From Planctomycetota bacterium (GTDB lineage: Bacteria; Planctomycetota; UBA1135; UBA2386): a DNA stretch of 64,000 nucleotides. A model generated the notes under the pieces. The model saw only the letters and a list, made by a program, of their open reading frames with translations. It had not been told where the DNA came from and ran no database searches. The position numbers and the translations under genes are program-made. Position 1 is the first letter of the stretch. The number at the start of each line of letters is the position of its first letter. The stretch lies in contig OZ245006.1 of NCBI GenBank assembly GCA_965223545.1, positions 6,528,001 through 6,592,000 on the forward strand, written 5' to 3'. This document shows positions 20,052 through 29,353 of the stretch, in pieces.

Positions 20052-20749
20052 TGGTAAGAAAGAGAAAGCGCGTCCTCGGGACGTATACCGCGACCGTGTT
20101 CGTTGAGGACATCAGCACCAGCATGCAGGCCCCTGGCCGCATCGATGCCATCAACGCCATGAAGCCGAAGATGCTGCAGGCGTTGAGCAATCTGTCCGTA
20201 GGTGTTCGATACGCCGAGGTGAACTTCGGCTCGGACGCCTGCGTAGTGCAGGACTTCGACGATGTTCCAAACGTCACTCCGCAGCAGTACGCCGCCGACG
20301 GTGGCAACACCAATCTATCTGCCGGAGTGGCAGTGGCACTCGATCTTCTTGAAGGCCAGAAGGAGTACTTCAAGAAGAACCAGATTCCTCACAGGCAACC
20401 GGTGCTCATCGTCGCGAGCGACGGCGAGGCTAACCGAGAGACCGTTCCGGGTTACGACGCGCGTGTCCGCGAGCTCGTGGAGCGCAACAAGTTGACCGTG
20501 ATCCCGATCGCCGTTGGCGAACTCGGCGCATACCCCGTGCTCGAGTGGATTAGCCCCAAGTGCACGCCGGTGATGGTGAACACGAACAACGCCGCGAGCG
20601 TCGATTGGGACGACCTGCTGCAGCTGTTGTCTCAGTCGATTGACACGGGCAGCACGGAGGCGATCCAGGCACTTGCTGCCTCCCAAGCGCGGCAAGTCGG
20701 CCTGGACGGCGCGGATGAGGAACTGGTGGAGGAGGAAGTGGCACCGTGA
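20051..20749 (+). CDS. vWA domain protein (TerY-like)
   Basis: MIDAS DISTSM, GGNTNL, IVASDG. Confidence 0.85.
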   Translation: MVRKRKRVLGTYTATVFVEDISTSMQAPGRIDAINAMKPKMLQALSNLSVGVRYAEVNFGSDACVVQDFDDVPNVTPQQYAADGGNTNLSAGVAVALDLLEGQKEYFKKNQIPHRQPVLIVASDGEANRETVPGYDARVRELVERNKLTVIPIAVGELGAYPVLEWISPKCTPVMVNTNNAASVDWDDLLQLLSQSIDTGSTEAIQALAASQARQVGLDGADEELVEEEVAP

Positions 20750-21810
20750 GCAGCGCTTGTTGGTGGCTGGCTAGCGTAAGCCTTCGAGGGCGTGGCCATG
20801 TGGCTGCCAACAAGCCCTGCCAGGACGCTCACTTCGTTTGGGCAGACGGCAACATGGTTGTGCTTGTCGTTTGCGACGGGGCGGGTGGCGCGGAGCTGGA
20901 GGGGCAGTTCTCTCACGTCGGCTCCTCGACGGCGGCTCGCGTCATCGGGCGGTTGCTCGCCTGCCACGTTGAGGAGTTCCTCGCGGGGGCGCTGCGTCCG
21001 GAGGCCATTCTGGACGCAGCGCGATTCTCGCTAGGCGAGGTTGCCGAGGAGAAGGGGATTCCTCTGAAGGCGCTCGCAACAACGCTGGTTGCGCTTGTTG
21101 CAGATGAAGGGCGGGTGGGGACCCTTCACATCGGAGATGGGGCCGCCTACATGCTGGACAGGGAAATAGGGATCTGCCTGTCGCCGCCCGACAGGGAGCC
21201 CACCGGCACGACGATTTTCGTGACTAGCGACGCACCACGAGTTCGGTGCTACTCGCGGGAAGTACCGCCGCACGTCACCGGTTTCGCTGTGACGAGCGAC
21301 GGCGCGGAGGGCCTCTACCATGCTGAGAGCACGGAGGTCCATCCTCTTGTCGCGGAACTCATCCAGCAGCCAGACTTTGGGCCTGGGACCGACCGTCTCG
21401 AAGGGTTGATGCGCGAGTGTCTGGTTCCGGCCTCCGGCGATGACATCACTGTCGTCGTCGCCAGGAAGCCGTTCATCTCTGGGGTCTATGGCTGCCCAGC
21501 GTGTGGGGGGCACAATGTCGGTGCGGTGATTACGCGGTGCCGTGGAGAGTTCCTCGTGCGTTGCCGATCGCGGTCATGCAAAGAGAGCGCTCTGAGGGTC
21601 CGCATGGATGAGTACCCTGACGCGCCGGCGCTGTTCAGGAGGAACCTGCTACGCGCCGGAATGACGGCAACGATGGTTGCGCAGAGGATTCGTTCGCGCG
21701 TCAAGTCTAAGGTTCAGCGGCGGCAGCCTCACATTGCCCCCGCCGCGCCCTCGTCGTCTTGTGGTTGGGGGTTCCGGCGGCGCTTGGCCGGGCCGAGTCG
21801 ACGTTGCTGA
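20746..21810 (+). CDS. PP2C-family phosphatase with C-terminal Cys-rich extension
   Basis: GRGH..CQDA, VCDGAG, IGDG, TSDG, DDIT; then CPAC...CRSRSC. Confidence 0.85.
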   Translation: MSSACWWLASVSLRGRGHVAANKPCQDAHFVWADGNMVVLVVCDGAGGAELEGQFSHVGSSTAARVIGRLLACHVEEFLAGALRPEAILDAARFSLGEVAEEKGIPLKALATTLVALVADEGRVGTLHIGDGAAYMLDREIGICLSPPDREPTGTTIFVTSDAPRVRCYSREVPPHVTGFAVTSDGAEGLYHAESTEVHPLVAELIQQPDFGPGTDRLEGLMRECLVPASGDDITVVVARKPFISGVYGCPACGGHNVGAVITRCRGEFLVRCRSRSCKESALRVRMDEYPDAPALFRRNLLRAGMTATMVAQRIRSRVKSKVQRRQPHIAPAAPSSSCGWGFRRRLAGPSRRC

Positions 21811-22526
21811 ACATCCTCTAGCAGTTCCCTGAGTTCCTGAGAGAGCAGCTTGGCTCTTTCGAGTCTGGGATCTCGATGCTTCGAGTCCGGATGCAGCAAG
21901 TTCCACCCAAGTTGCACTAGGCAGCGGTAGACCTCGAAACCCATCCGAGTCATCTCTGTGAAGAGCCTGCCGTTCGGATTCACGCCCGCACTTCCATCGC
22001 CGTGCATTCGGTCGTCGAGCACGAATAGGGCCGTATCTCGTTCTGATGTTGCGATGTAACACATCGTGGCGTGCCAAGTAGCGCGAAAGACCTGTTTCGC
22101 CCATTTGTCAGCCCTATCGGTGCGGTGGGCGTACATCGGGTTTCTGTCGCTGATGACGACATACCACGCGAAGAGCTCGTCATCAGAACATGTGCTCAAG
22201 AAGGTCATCCAGAGCGCTAGCCACCCGGCCTCGGGATCGGTAGCTCGTGCGCGATACTCCTTCGTCCACCATGCGTGGACCGTACCGTGGCTCGGCGTGT
22301 CGCTTTCGTCTGGGCGTTTGTCGAAGTCGTTCACGGATTCCCGGCTACGGAGCCATCGCACAATCTTCTCAACACACTGTCGGGACGAGTATTCGCACCG
22401 TGCAGGGCGGTCTGGAGGTGCTACGCCTCTTTTCACGATTCTCTCCCAGCGCTCGTCGTCGAGCACTGGAGCGTTCGCCGCGATCGCGTCAAATACGTTG
22501 TTGTCCAACACGTTTCTGTCAGCCAT
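21729..22526 (-). CDS. Hypothetical protein
   Basis: GAGGAG RBS before MADRNV; directly downstream of the peptidase-sigma fusion. Confidence 0.65.
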   Translation of the reverse strand: MADRNVLDNNVFDAIAANAPVLDDERWERIVKRGVAPPDRPARCEYSSRQCVEKIVRWLRSRESVNDFDKRPDESDTPSHGTVHAWWTKEYRARATDPEAGWLALWMTFLSTCSDDELFAWYVVISDRNPMYAHRTDRADKWAKQVFRATWHATMCYIATSERDTALFVLDDRMHGDGSAGVNPNGRLFTEMTRMGFEVYRCLVQLGWNLLHPDSKHRDPRLERAKLLSQELRELLEDVQQRRLGPAKRRRNPQPQDDEGAAGAM

Positions 22527-22536
22527 GTTCTCCTCC

Positions 22537-24144
22537 CTATTCCTTGTACGATCCGAACTTTCCTCGCGCGTTGGATAGGTGAGCGCCCACCGTCCCGATG
22601 CTAACGCCCAACGTAGCGGCGATTTCTGGATAGGAGAGCTGCTCGGAGCGAAGTTCAACGACCTTCCTCTCAGAGTTTGTTAGTAGACGCCAGAGGTGCT
22701 CTTGCTCATCTTGGATCTCCAACTTCTCCGCGGGCGCAGGATGCGGACAAACGACTTCCTCCGGGTGATCCAGCGCTTGTGGCGCACGTGTCTCTGATCG
22801 AAAGTAATCGACCTTCGCACTTCGAATGACCCTCGAAAGATACGGGCGCAACGCACGTGCGTCGGAGATGTGGCTGATGTGCTTCACCATCCTTCTTCCC
22901 ACTTCGGCTGCGACATCTGGTGCCGCGGTTTGGTCAAGATCGCGTCGGAGCTGACGGGTCACATTCCGGTGCAGCGACTTCCATGCGCCCGCGTCTCCGG
23001 CCTGTAGCAGGTCGAGCATGCTCGCCGACTCCAGACGCTCTCGACTTGCTAGGAGTCTCGTTCGGCCGACTTGAAGGCCGCCGAGAGCGGATTCGAGGAT
23101 CTGACCTGCTTGTGTTAGCACCCAGCGTCGCCACTCAGTTGAGCTCGGCACGTAGGCTTCTCGCACGCGCGCGCGGATGGCGCACCCAACATCCGAGCGT
23201 GGGTCGAGTGGGCTTCGCGCGAGGTAAGAACGCGCCATCGCAGCGCGCAGGCATTCCCATCGATCGACGGTCCCGAACTCTACGCTGAGTGCACAAGTCC
23301 AGTCGGATGCTGGGGACAGGCTCCGCGCAGCATCCATGGTGCTGCCCTGTACTTCGTAGGCGATCGACTCTTCCGCCAGGATCGATTCCACTTCCGGGAA
23401 GATCGCGCGAGCTACGCTGAGCTCTTCCGATCCCTCCGGCTCCGAAGCAAGTACCGTTGCTTTCGCCCATGGGCCAAGTCCTGAGTGAAGGTCGACGAAG
23501 AGAACGCGCTCTGCGTGCTGGGGTATCGCAGATAGCGCTTCGACGAACGTGCGCGCCGACCAGGTTACGCCAGTTCCGCCGTAGTACGAGCCGTCATCGA
23601 AGTCGAACTGAACCGGGCCGAGTGCGCTGAATAGCTCTTTCTCCCCATGTGCGTCGACGAACCTCTCGAGTGACGCGATCCGGCGACCCCAGTCCGACCC
23701 CCTATAGTCCTGAGCTAGGAGCATCGGGTGGACCCTGGCGTATGCGTCGTTCGTTGGCTTCGGTCTGCTGTGGTCAACGAAGGCGCGGTTGAGGTCGACC
23801 CAGTTCTCGTCTTGCCGCTGGTCGTAGCTGGCGCCGTATGGGTTCACGCCGTGGATGAACAGGACTGCGACGTCATCCGGAAGACCGGCCTTCGCGATGC
23901 GTTCCAAGAGTTGCAGCTGAATCGCGGATCCGACGAGTAGCTCGCACCCGTGCGTCCCCGAAGAGCACACAAGCCAAGATGTTGCTTTGCGCTTCCCAGC
24001 GAGAGCTACGTCAACGGCGAGCTGCTCGCCGTTCAGTCCGGGCGAAGGGTGAATCCAGTGGGCGGTGTCGAGCCCTTGCTGCGCTGCTGCGTCGAGTAGC
24101 CGGCTTCGGGCCACGGACGGCTGCGCCGAGAAGAAACGTTCCAT
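22537..24144 (-). CDS. DUF2817/M14-like metallopeptidase fused to an ECF sigma factor
   Basis: SSGTHGCE, HGVNPYG, DLNR, DLHSGLG, EFGT; C-terminal YLSRVIRSAKVDYFR and LSYPEIAATLGVSIGTVGAHLSNAR. Confidence 0.8.
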   Translation of the reverse strand: MERFFSAQPSVARSRLLDAAAQQGLDTAHWIHPSPGLNGEQLAVDVALAGKRKATSWLVCSSGTHGCELLVGSAIQLQLLERIAKAGLPDDVAVLFIHGVNPYGASYDQRQDENWVDLNRAFVDHSRPKPTNDAYARVHPMLLAQDYRGSDWGRRIASLERFVDAHGEKELFSALGPVQFDFDDGSYYGGTGVTWSARTFVEALSAIPQHAERVLFVDLHSGLGPWAKATVLASEPEGSEELSVARAIFPEVESILAEESIAYEVQGSTMDAARSLSPASDWTCALSVEFGTVDRWECLRAAMARSYLARSPLDPRSDVGCAIRARVREAYVPSSTEWRRWVLTQAGQILESALGGLQVGRTRLLASRERLESASMLDLLQAGDAGAWKSLHRNVTRQLRRDLDQTAAPDVAAEVGRRMVKHISHISDARALRPYLSRVIRSAKVDYFRSETRAPQALDHPEEVVCPHPAPAEKLEIQDEQEHLWRLLTNSERKVVELRSEQLSYPEIAATLGVSIGTVGAHLSNARGKFGSYKE

Positions 24145-24988
24145 CGAGTAGGTCCCTCCCGAGGGGAGAAACCCGCGTGAAGCGCCACTTGGCAAGTGAG
24201 GGTTGCTGGCTTTCGCCGAGTCGCTACGCTCACAGGTGTTCGGATGCGCTTCGGCGCTCCACGCGGGCGAGCCAGAGCAGGCGCTTTGGTTCGCCCGTCG
24301 CTTTTCCCCCGGGAGGGGAAAGCAAGCAAGCGGCTTTGAGTCGCATGTTCATAGCCCGTGTTGTGGTTGGTGTCGACCGCACGTGCGGTCGGCGTGTTGT
24401 AGCAGGGTCAAGGTAGCTACTTCACGAACGGTTCCGCAAGCCCCCTGGACGCAGCAAGTTGGTCCTCACACTGGGGTAGAGCGAAACCTCCGAATCGCTC
24501 CACGCGAACCGTCGATCGTGGCACGCCGTCGTGGAGCGAACGACATGCTTCGCTCCACGTCGCTTGACTAGCAAACCCGAGATGTGAGAGCGTTGCGCCG
24601 AGAGTCAGGCGACGGTTCTAAGGGGAGGTTCAACGCGGTGGGCGAGCGTTGTTGGTTCGTGTGTTGTAGCAGATTCATGGTCCGCTCCTCGTCCGCGCAA
24701 AGTGCGCACGTCGTCGACGCTGCGCCGGAGCTTTCCCACGGTTCTGTGGTCTGACTCTCACTCCCATTTGCGTCTCGCGGCATCACGTGGGATGAAACGC
24801 GTGGGATGTTCCACGTCGCACCGCAACCTGTTGTGCTGTGTGGAATGAAACGCAGCCGAGCCTCCACGCCACTAGTTGCAGCTCGGTGTCAGACCATGAA
24901 CTCGATGTCGCCCTAAAGAAGACTGCCTCATGCTCGTCCTTCCTCTTTGCCTGCAGCTGTCTCGAGAAAAAGACACGGAGCAAGAAAC

Positions 24989-25585
24989 ATGGCCAAGAGT
25001 CGACGCCCCGACAACGAGATGACGCGGAAGCTTCTCCCCCTACTCGACCTCGCGAAAAGACCGTCAAGGTCTCTCACACCGCATCAGCTCGCCGAGCTTC
25101 GTGGCATATTCTGCGCCTTCTTCAGGCGTAGTGCGAGCGGTTGCGACGCCACTGCTTCCGACTTCTTTCAGGACCTCCTGCTCAACGTGCTGAAGTACGG
25201 TACGCGCTACGACCCGGCGCGTGAGCGTTTTCCCGGCGCGTGGGTGTGGTCGATTGCCCGGAACCTGGTCGCGAAGCATCTTCAGAGACAGGGTCGCACC
25301 TCGCGCGGCTATGAGTCGGATGAACTCGCGATCCAACTGGCCGCGTGCGATGCGCGAGGTCCTGCGGAGCTGGCTGAAACTCACGAACTCCAGGTCTTCC
25401 TGTCACGTCGCAGTCAGTTCAATGCGAACGAGCGGGCTCTTTTGGAGAGGCGTCTAGACGAGGCGGACATCGAGGACATCGCTCACACCGAGGGGCTGCA
25501 GCACGACGGGGTTCGCACTCGCATCAACCGGGGGCGACATTCCCTTCGCGAGCGCCTTCGAGAAGCTGGCTTCCGCCCCGACTAA
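24989..25585 (+). CDS. ECF-type sigma factor
   Basis: DFFQD, WVWSIARN region 2; DIAHTEGL..VRTRINRGRHSLR region 4. Confidence 0.75.
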   Translation: MAKSRRPDNEMTRKLLPLLDLAKRPSRSLTPHQLAELRGIFCAFFRRSASGCDATASDFFQDLLLNVLKYGTRYDPARERFPGAWVWSIARNLVAKHLQRQGRTSRGYESDELAIQLAACDARGPAELAETHELQVFLSRRSQFNANERALLERRLDEADIEDIAHTEGLQHDGVRTRINRGRHSLRERLREAGFRPD

Positions 25586-25653
25586 TCAGAGGGTCCGATC
25601 TGTCGAGGACTTCGACCGAGGTCTCAGAAGGGCGCCAACGATGGCCCGAGTAG

Positions 25654-26739
25654 CTATGTCGACGCTAACGTGACCACCCGCGCACGCATTGCCTCGCGGA
25701 GCGGCGCGGAAACCGAGATGCCACCATGCTCGAGATTGTTGGTGAGGAGGGGGCCGAGAATCAGGTTCGCGATTTCACGCCCCTCAACAGACCATGGCCG
25801 TCCTGCGAGGGTGGTGCGAGCAAGTTGAGCGAGTGACGTGGCAAGCACATCTGCGAGTTGGATGCACCGACTCGAATGAGACGTTGCCGTGGCGAAATCG
25901 TGGAGGTGTGCGAAACCGATACTTGGGAAGTCAGGGACGGGGGTCAGCTTCTTACCGTGCTCACCGATCTTCGTCATGTGCCCGACCCATTGCCTCAACA
26001 CTTCGCCGTACTGATTCGTCTCATCATGGAACACGCTGATGAGACCGTAGCCTTGCGCCTCTGCAAACGCATCTGCCGCTTCGAGCATCCGCATCGTCCC
26101 GGGAAGGTGAGGGGAGGTGACTTGGGAGTGTTTGTGACCGCCGCGGTCGCTGAAGTCGTAGTCGATGACCTCCTGTAGGTTCTTCAGGCACCCCTCGATC
26201 ATATGTGCGATTCCCGATTCGCCCAGCGTGCGAACGCCGGCAGCGACTGCTGTGATCCCTGACCTGAGGCTTGCCTCCGTGGGGGCGGCGATTGCTCTCG
26301 CGTAGGCAACAGCCGACCGTTCTGGAATGTTGTAGAGGAACTCGATGAGTTCCAGGTAGCCGGGGTTGCCGATCGATGGCGCGCCTTCGGCCCGGGGGTT
26401 TGTATGTCGATCGAGCAAGGCGTGGACGATCCGCTCGGCTAGTTGGTAGCGCTTCTCGACGAGGTAGAAGAATGGGATGGCTCCCGCCTCCTTGACTGCC
26501 GTGACCAGGTCGCGGGCGAGTGGCCACCCGGTGCGCCTGCGTAGCATCCGGCTTGCGTGGAGCTCCGCCGCATTGCTGCGTGACGCCAGCCCGTCGATCG
26601 TCGCGACGACGGCGTCTTCCGAGTCAAGCGGAACGAGCCAGCTCGCAAAGACCATCACGGGCTGGGCACGATCGTTGTAGTTGGCCCCGGTGTTTCCGGC
26701 TTCGTCGCAATAGAGGCGATGGGTGTCCTGGACGATCAC
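25654..26739 (-). CDS. DUF3800 family protein (start uncertain)
   Basis: LYCDEAG, ELHA, HDE, IQLADVLA. Confidence 0.8.
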   Translation of the reverse strand: MIVQDTHRLYCDEAGNTGANYNDRAQPVMVFASWLVPLDSEDAVVATIDGLASRSNAAELHASRMLRRRTGWPLARDLVTAVKEAGAIPFFYLVEKRYQLAERIVHALLDRHTNPRAEGAPSIGNPGYLELIEFLYNIPERSAVAYARAIAAPTEASLRSGITAVAAGVRTLGESGIAHMIEGCLKNLQEVIDYDFSDRGGHKHSQVTSPHLPGTMRMLEAADAFAEAQGYGLISVFHDETNQYGEVLRQWVGHMTKIGEHGKKLTPVPDFPSIGFAHLHDFATATSHSSRCIQLADVLATSLAQLARTTLAGRPWSVEGREIANLILGPLLTNNLEHGGISVSAPLREAMRARVVTLAST

Positions 26740-26873
26740 ATCGAAGTCATCGTTGCGCCCGGATGGGAGCTTGAGGCGGTTTGGGTCGGGGCCCGCGATC
26801 CCGCGCCGATTCGCAGGTCTGCGGGACGAGGCAGTGGCCCATGGCAAGCAGATGTGCGCCGGTTCAGAACCTT

Positions 26874-26935
26874 GTTCTGGGTGTCCCCTTCAGTGTTGAC
26901 AGCGAATGGTAAGAGAAGTTGTTGACGAAGGGGTT
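26874..26935 (+). repeat. Direct repeat copy 1, left of the MerR cassette (res/att-like)
   Basis: gttctgggtgtccccttcagtgttgacagcgaatggtaagagaagtt...aaggggtt matches 30315-30385. Confidence 0.8.
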
Positions 26936-27052
26936 GGACGCCTAAGCCCCTGTGACGTGGGGCTTTGTGGCTCGGCCGCGCAATTGCTTGTCGGCACCTG
27001 AAACCCTTCAGTCGGGTGTAGAGTTCATGGTGACCGTGCTACGCTCGTTTCG

Positions 27053-27511
27053 ATGGCCGAGACCTACACAATCGGGCGCCTGGCGAAGGTCGCCGAAGTT
27101 CCCATCTCAACCGTTCGCTACTACGAACAGCGCGGACTCTTGAAGCCGGAACGGCGAACTGAGTCCAACTACCGCGTCTACGGCCCGGCCAGTTTGAAGC
27201 GCTTGCGGTTTATCCGCATCGCGCAGCAAAGCGGCTTCACTCTCGAAGACATCGTGCTCCTTCTCCAGCTTCGCGACCGTGGAAGTGCCACCAGCTGCAA
27301 GCAGGTGGAAAACCTCGTCGACAAGCGACTCGACAACATCACGGCCCAGCTTCGGGAACTTCGACGCGTGCAAAAGGTCCTCCAGTCGACGCTCGAGTGG
27401 TGCAGGAACCCTCGCGTGAAAGGTCGCTGCCGAGTGCTGGACGACTTGGACGGGCAGGCCGCAAGTTCAGGGAAACGCAAATCACCGAGACGTGCCGGAA
27501 AGGCCTCTTGA
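27053..27511 (+). CDS. MerR-family heavy-metal-responsive regulator
   Basis: TIGRLAK..TVRYYEQRGLL, YRVY, GFTLEDI; Cys in SCKQ plus C-X8-C, the three-Cys pattern of Hg/divalent-metal sensors. Confidence 0.93.
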   Translation: MAETYTIGRLAKVAEVPISTVRYYEQRGLLKPERRTESNYRVYGPASLKRLRFIRIAQQSGFTLEDIVLLLQLRDRGSATSCKQVENLVDKRLDNITAQLRELRRVQKVLQSTLEWCRNPRVKGRCRVLDDLDGQAASSGKRKSPRRAGKAS

Positions 27512-27539
27512 CCCTTCACCATACTTCAAGCTGTAGCCT
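27508..27539 (+). promoter_or_regulatory. MerR-type promoter P1
   Basis: TTGACC - 20 bp - TAGCCT with imperfect dyad; ATG 7 nt downstream. Confidence 0.7.
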
Positions 27540-27546
27540 TTCCCTC

Positions 27547-28269
27547 ATGCACCCCATCCTGCGCCCAGGCCTCAGTTCGGTTCTGCTGCTCTCCCTGGTG
27601 GCTTGCTCTGAGCCACTAACAGACTCGCCAACTCACGCGCCCACTCCGGAGCTCTCGAAGCTCGTCTCGATTCGCGTCGCTGGTTTCATCGAGGCTGCAG
27701 GCATCACCTGAATGGGTTGACCGAACAAGGTCAAAGAAGCCCTGGATGGGCTTCAAGGCGTTCAGGATGTGCAGGTTGACCTCGAAGACGACAGGTTCGA
27801 TGTCACTTACAACCCGAGGGAAGTGTCTTCCGACACCTTGCTCGAGGCGGTCAGAAAGCTCGACTACACGCCGCAGCTGGTAACGCGCGCGGAGGGTGGG
27901 GGAGAGGCGCCTGCGGACCAGGTCGATGCGGCGCAGCTCCCCAAGGAACTTGCGGCGCTCTTCGCCAAGGCTCGGGAATCCAATAAGGTCGTGCTGCTCA
28001 AGTTCTCCGGGCCAGGTTGACCGCCGTGCAAACGCATGGATGCCGTGACGTATCCGCACGAAGTCGTGAAGAAGGAACTTGATGAACACTGGGTCACGAC
28101 TCACTACGACGTGAGTGAAGCGAAGCGTGTCGCTACCCTCTTCGGAGTCTCGGCGATTCCTGTTGCTATTGGTGTGACCGCTGACGGAATGGTTCTGGGG
28201 CGAGTTCTTGGGTTTGTCGAACCCGAGCGTTTCGAGAAGGAACTCGAGACACTTCGCGCCAAGCGCTAG
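27547..28269 (+). CDS. Putative triple-selenocysteine lipoprotein: HMA domain (UxxU) + thioredoxin-like domain (UxxC), 240 aa
   Basis: One frame with TGA at 27709, 27718 and 28018: GIT-U-MG-U-PNKVKEAL and FSGPG-U-PPC-KRM; lipobox LVAC; downstream hairpins; ends at TAG. Confidence 0.85.
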
Positions 28270-28865
28270 TTCGGGACCACCTTGTAGCCAGTGCGCTCAA
28301 CCGCCTGAACGACTTGCTCGTTGGCGGGAGGAGAGTTCGGCTCGAAGAACACGGTCGCGAGGCCTTCGCTGTAGTTGACGGAAGCACTTGCTACACCGGG
28401 AACCGTGAGAAGCTCCTTCTTCACGTGCACCGTGCAAGCCTCGCACGTCATGCCTTCGATTCGAACGGTCGCCTTCTCGGTCGCTGCTGCATTCGACGGG
28501 GTCGCCTCTCCCTGGTCAGGCGCGATGAGGCCTACGTAGTTCGGGAAGAGGCCAACAACCAACACCAGGGCCGTTGCGACCCAGAGCATCGCTCGGTTGA
28601 AGCGCACGAACTTGTTGCTCGGAGTCGCGCAAGTCTCCCCTGGTGCGCACGCCTGTTTCCGAAAGTAGGTGAAGTAGAAGCCACCAGCGAGAAGCACCGC
28701 TGCGCCACCGAGGAAGTAGGGACGCACAGCTTCAAACTGCGCCGAGATTCCAGCTGCAGATACGCCGAACGCAAGAAGCAGAAGGGGAAGCCAGCAGCAC
28801 GCAGACGCCACAACAGCTGCAAGCACCGACCCGAATGCGGCCAACATCCCACCGCGACCACTCAC
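28266..28865 (-). CDS. MerT-like metal transporter fused to an HMA (MerP/CopZ-like) domain
   Basis: ASACCWLPL in TM1, RPYF, CAPGETC loop, GMTCEAC. Confidence 0.88.
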   Translation of the reverse strand: MSGRGGMLAAFGSVLAAVVASACCWLPLLLLAFGVSAAGISAQFEAVRPYFLGGAAVLLAGGFYFTYFRKQACAPGETCATPSNKFVRFNRAMLWVATALVLVVGLFPNYVGLIAPDQGEATPSNAAATEKATVRIEGMTCEACTVHVKKELLTVPGVASASVNYSEGLATVFFEPNSPPANEQVVQAVERTGYKVVPN

Positions 28866-29278
28866 GATGTGGCCTCCTTGACGGCTTTTCTGAGGTCACC
28901 AAGACAGCACGACCCCTTCGGGTTCATCGTCTCGCAGCTGCATTCGCCAGCCTTCACCTTCGCGGTCACGGATTCCACGACGGCGCTCTCTCCGGTGCGA
29001 AGCACTTCGTCGCGGATGCTCTCCGCGCTGTGCCCGAAGCAGTAGCAGACCGGGTGGGGAGCGTCTGTCTCCTTCACCCCGACTCGGACCGCGACGTCGT
29101 CCTTGAGCAGCGTCGTTCCATCGCCTGCGAAGTAGACAACATCACAGTCGGGCTCTGGGCAAAACACCCACTGTCGCCCCTCAACAGCGCCTCGCACTTC
29201 TTCTCGCGCGAGGCTCTCGACCGTGACGGTCTTGACCGGCTTTCCTGGCGTCTTGGTCTTGGGGCAGAGAAGGTCCAT
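28862..29278 (-). CDS. CopZ N-terminal-like Zn/(2Fe-2S) Cys-rich protein
   Basis: FCPEPDCDVVYF, VCYCFGH, CSCETMNPKGSCC. Confidence 0.8.
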   Translation of the reverse strand: MDLLCPKTKTPGKPVKTVTVESLAREEVRGAVEGRQWVFCPEPDCDVVYFAGDGTTLLKDDVAVRVGVKETDAPHPVCYCFGHSAESIRDEVLRTGESAVVESVTAKVKAGECSCETMNPKGSCCLGDLRKAVKEATS

Positions 29279-29284
29279 GCTCCC

Positions 29285-29316
29285 ATTTACGGCCTTGAAC
29301 CCTGCTTTAGGGTCAA
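29285..29316 (-). promoter_or_regulatory. MerR-type promoter P3
   Basis: TTGACC - 20 bp (ctaaagcagggttcaaggcc) - GTAAAT, just upstream of the ATG at 29278. Confidence 0.65.
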
Positions 29317-29353
29317 GGGTTTTTCGGAGAATGACCAAGAAGCCCGCGCAACG

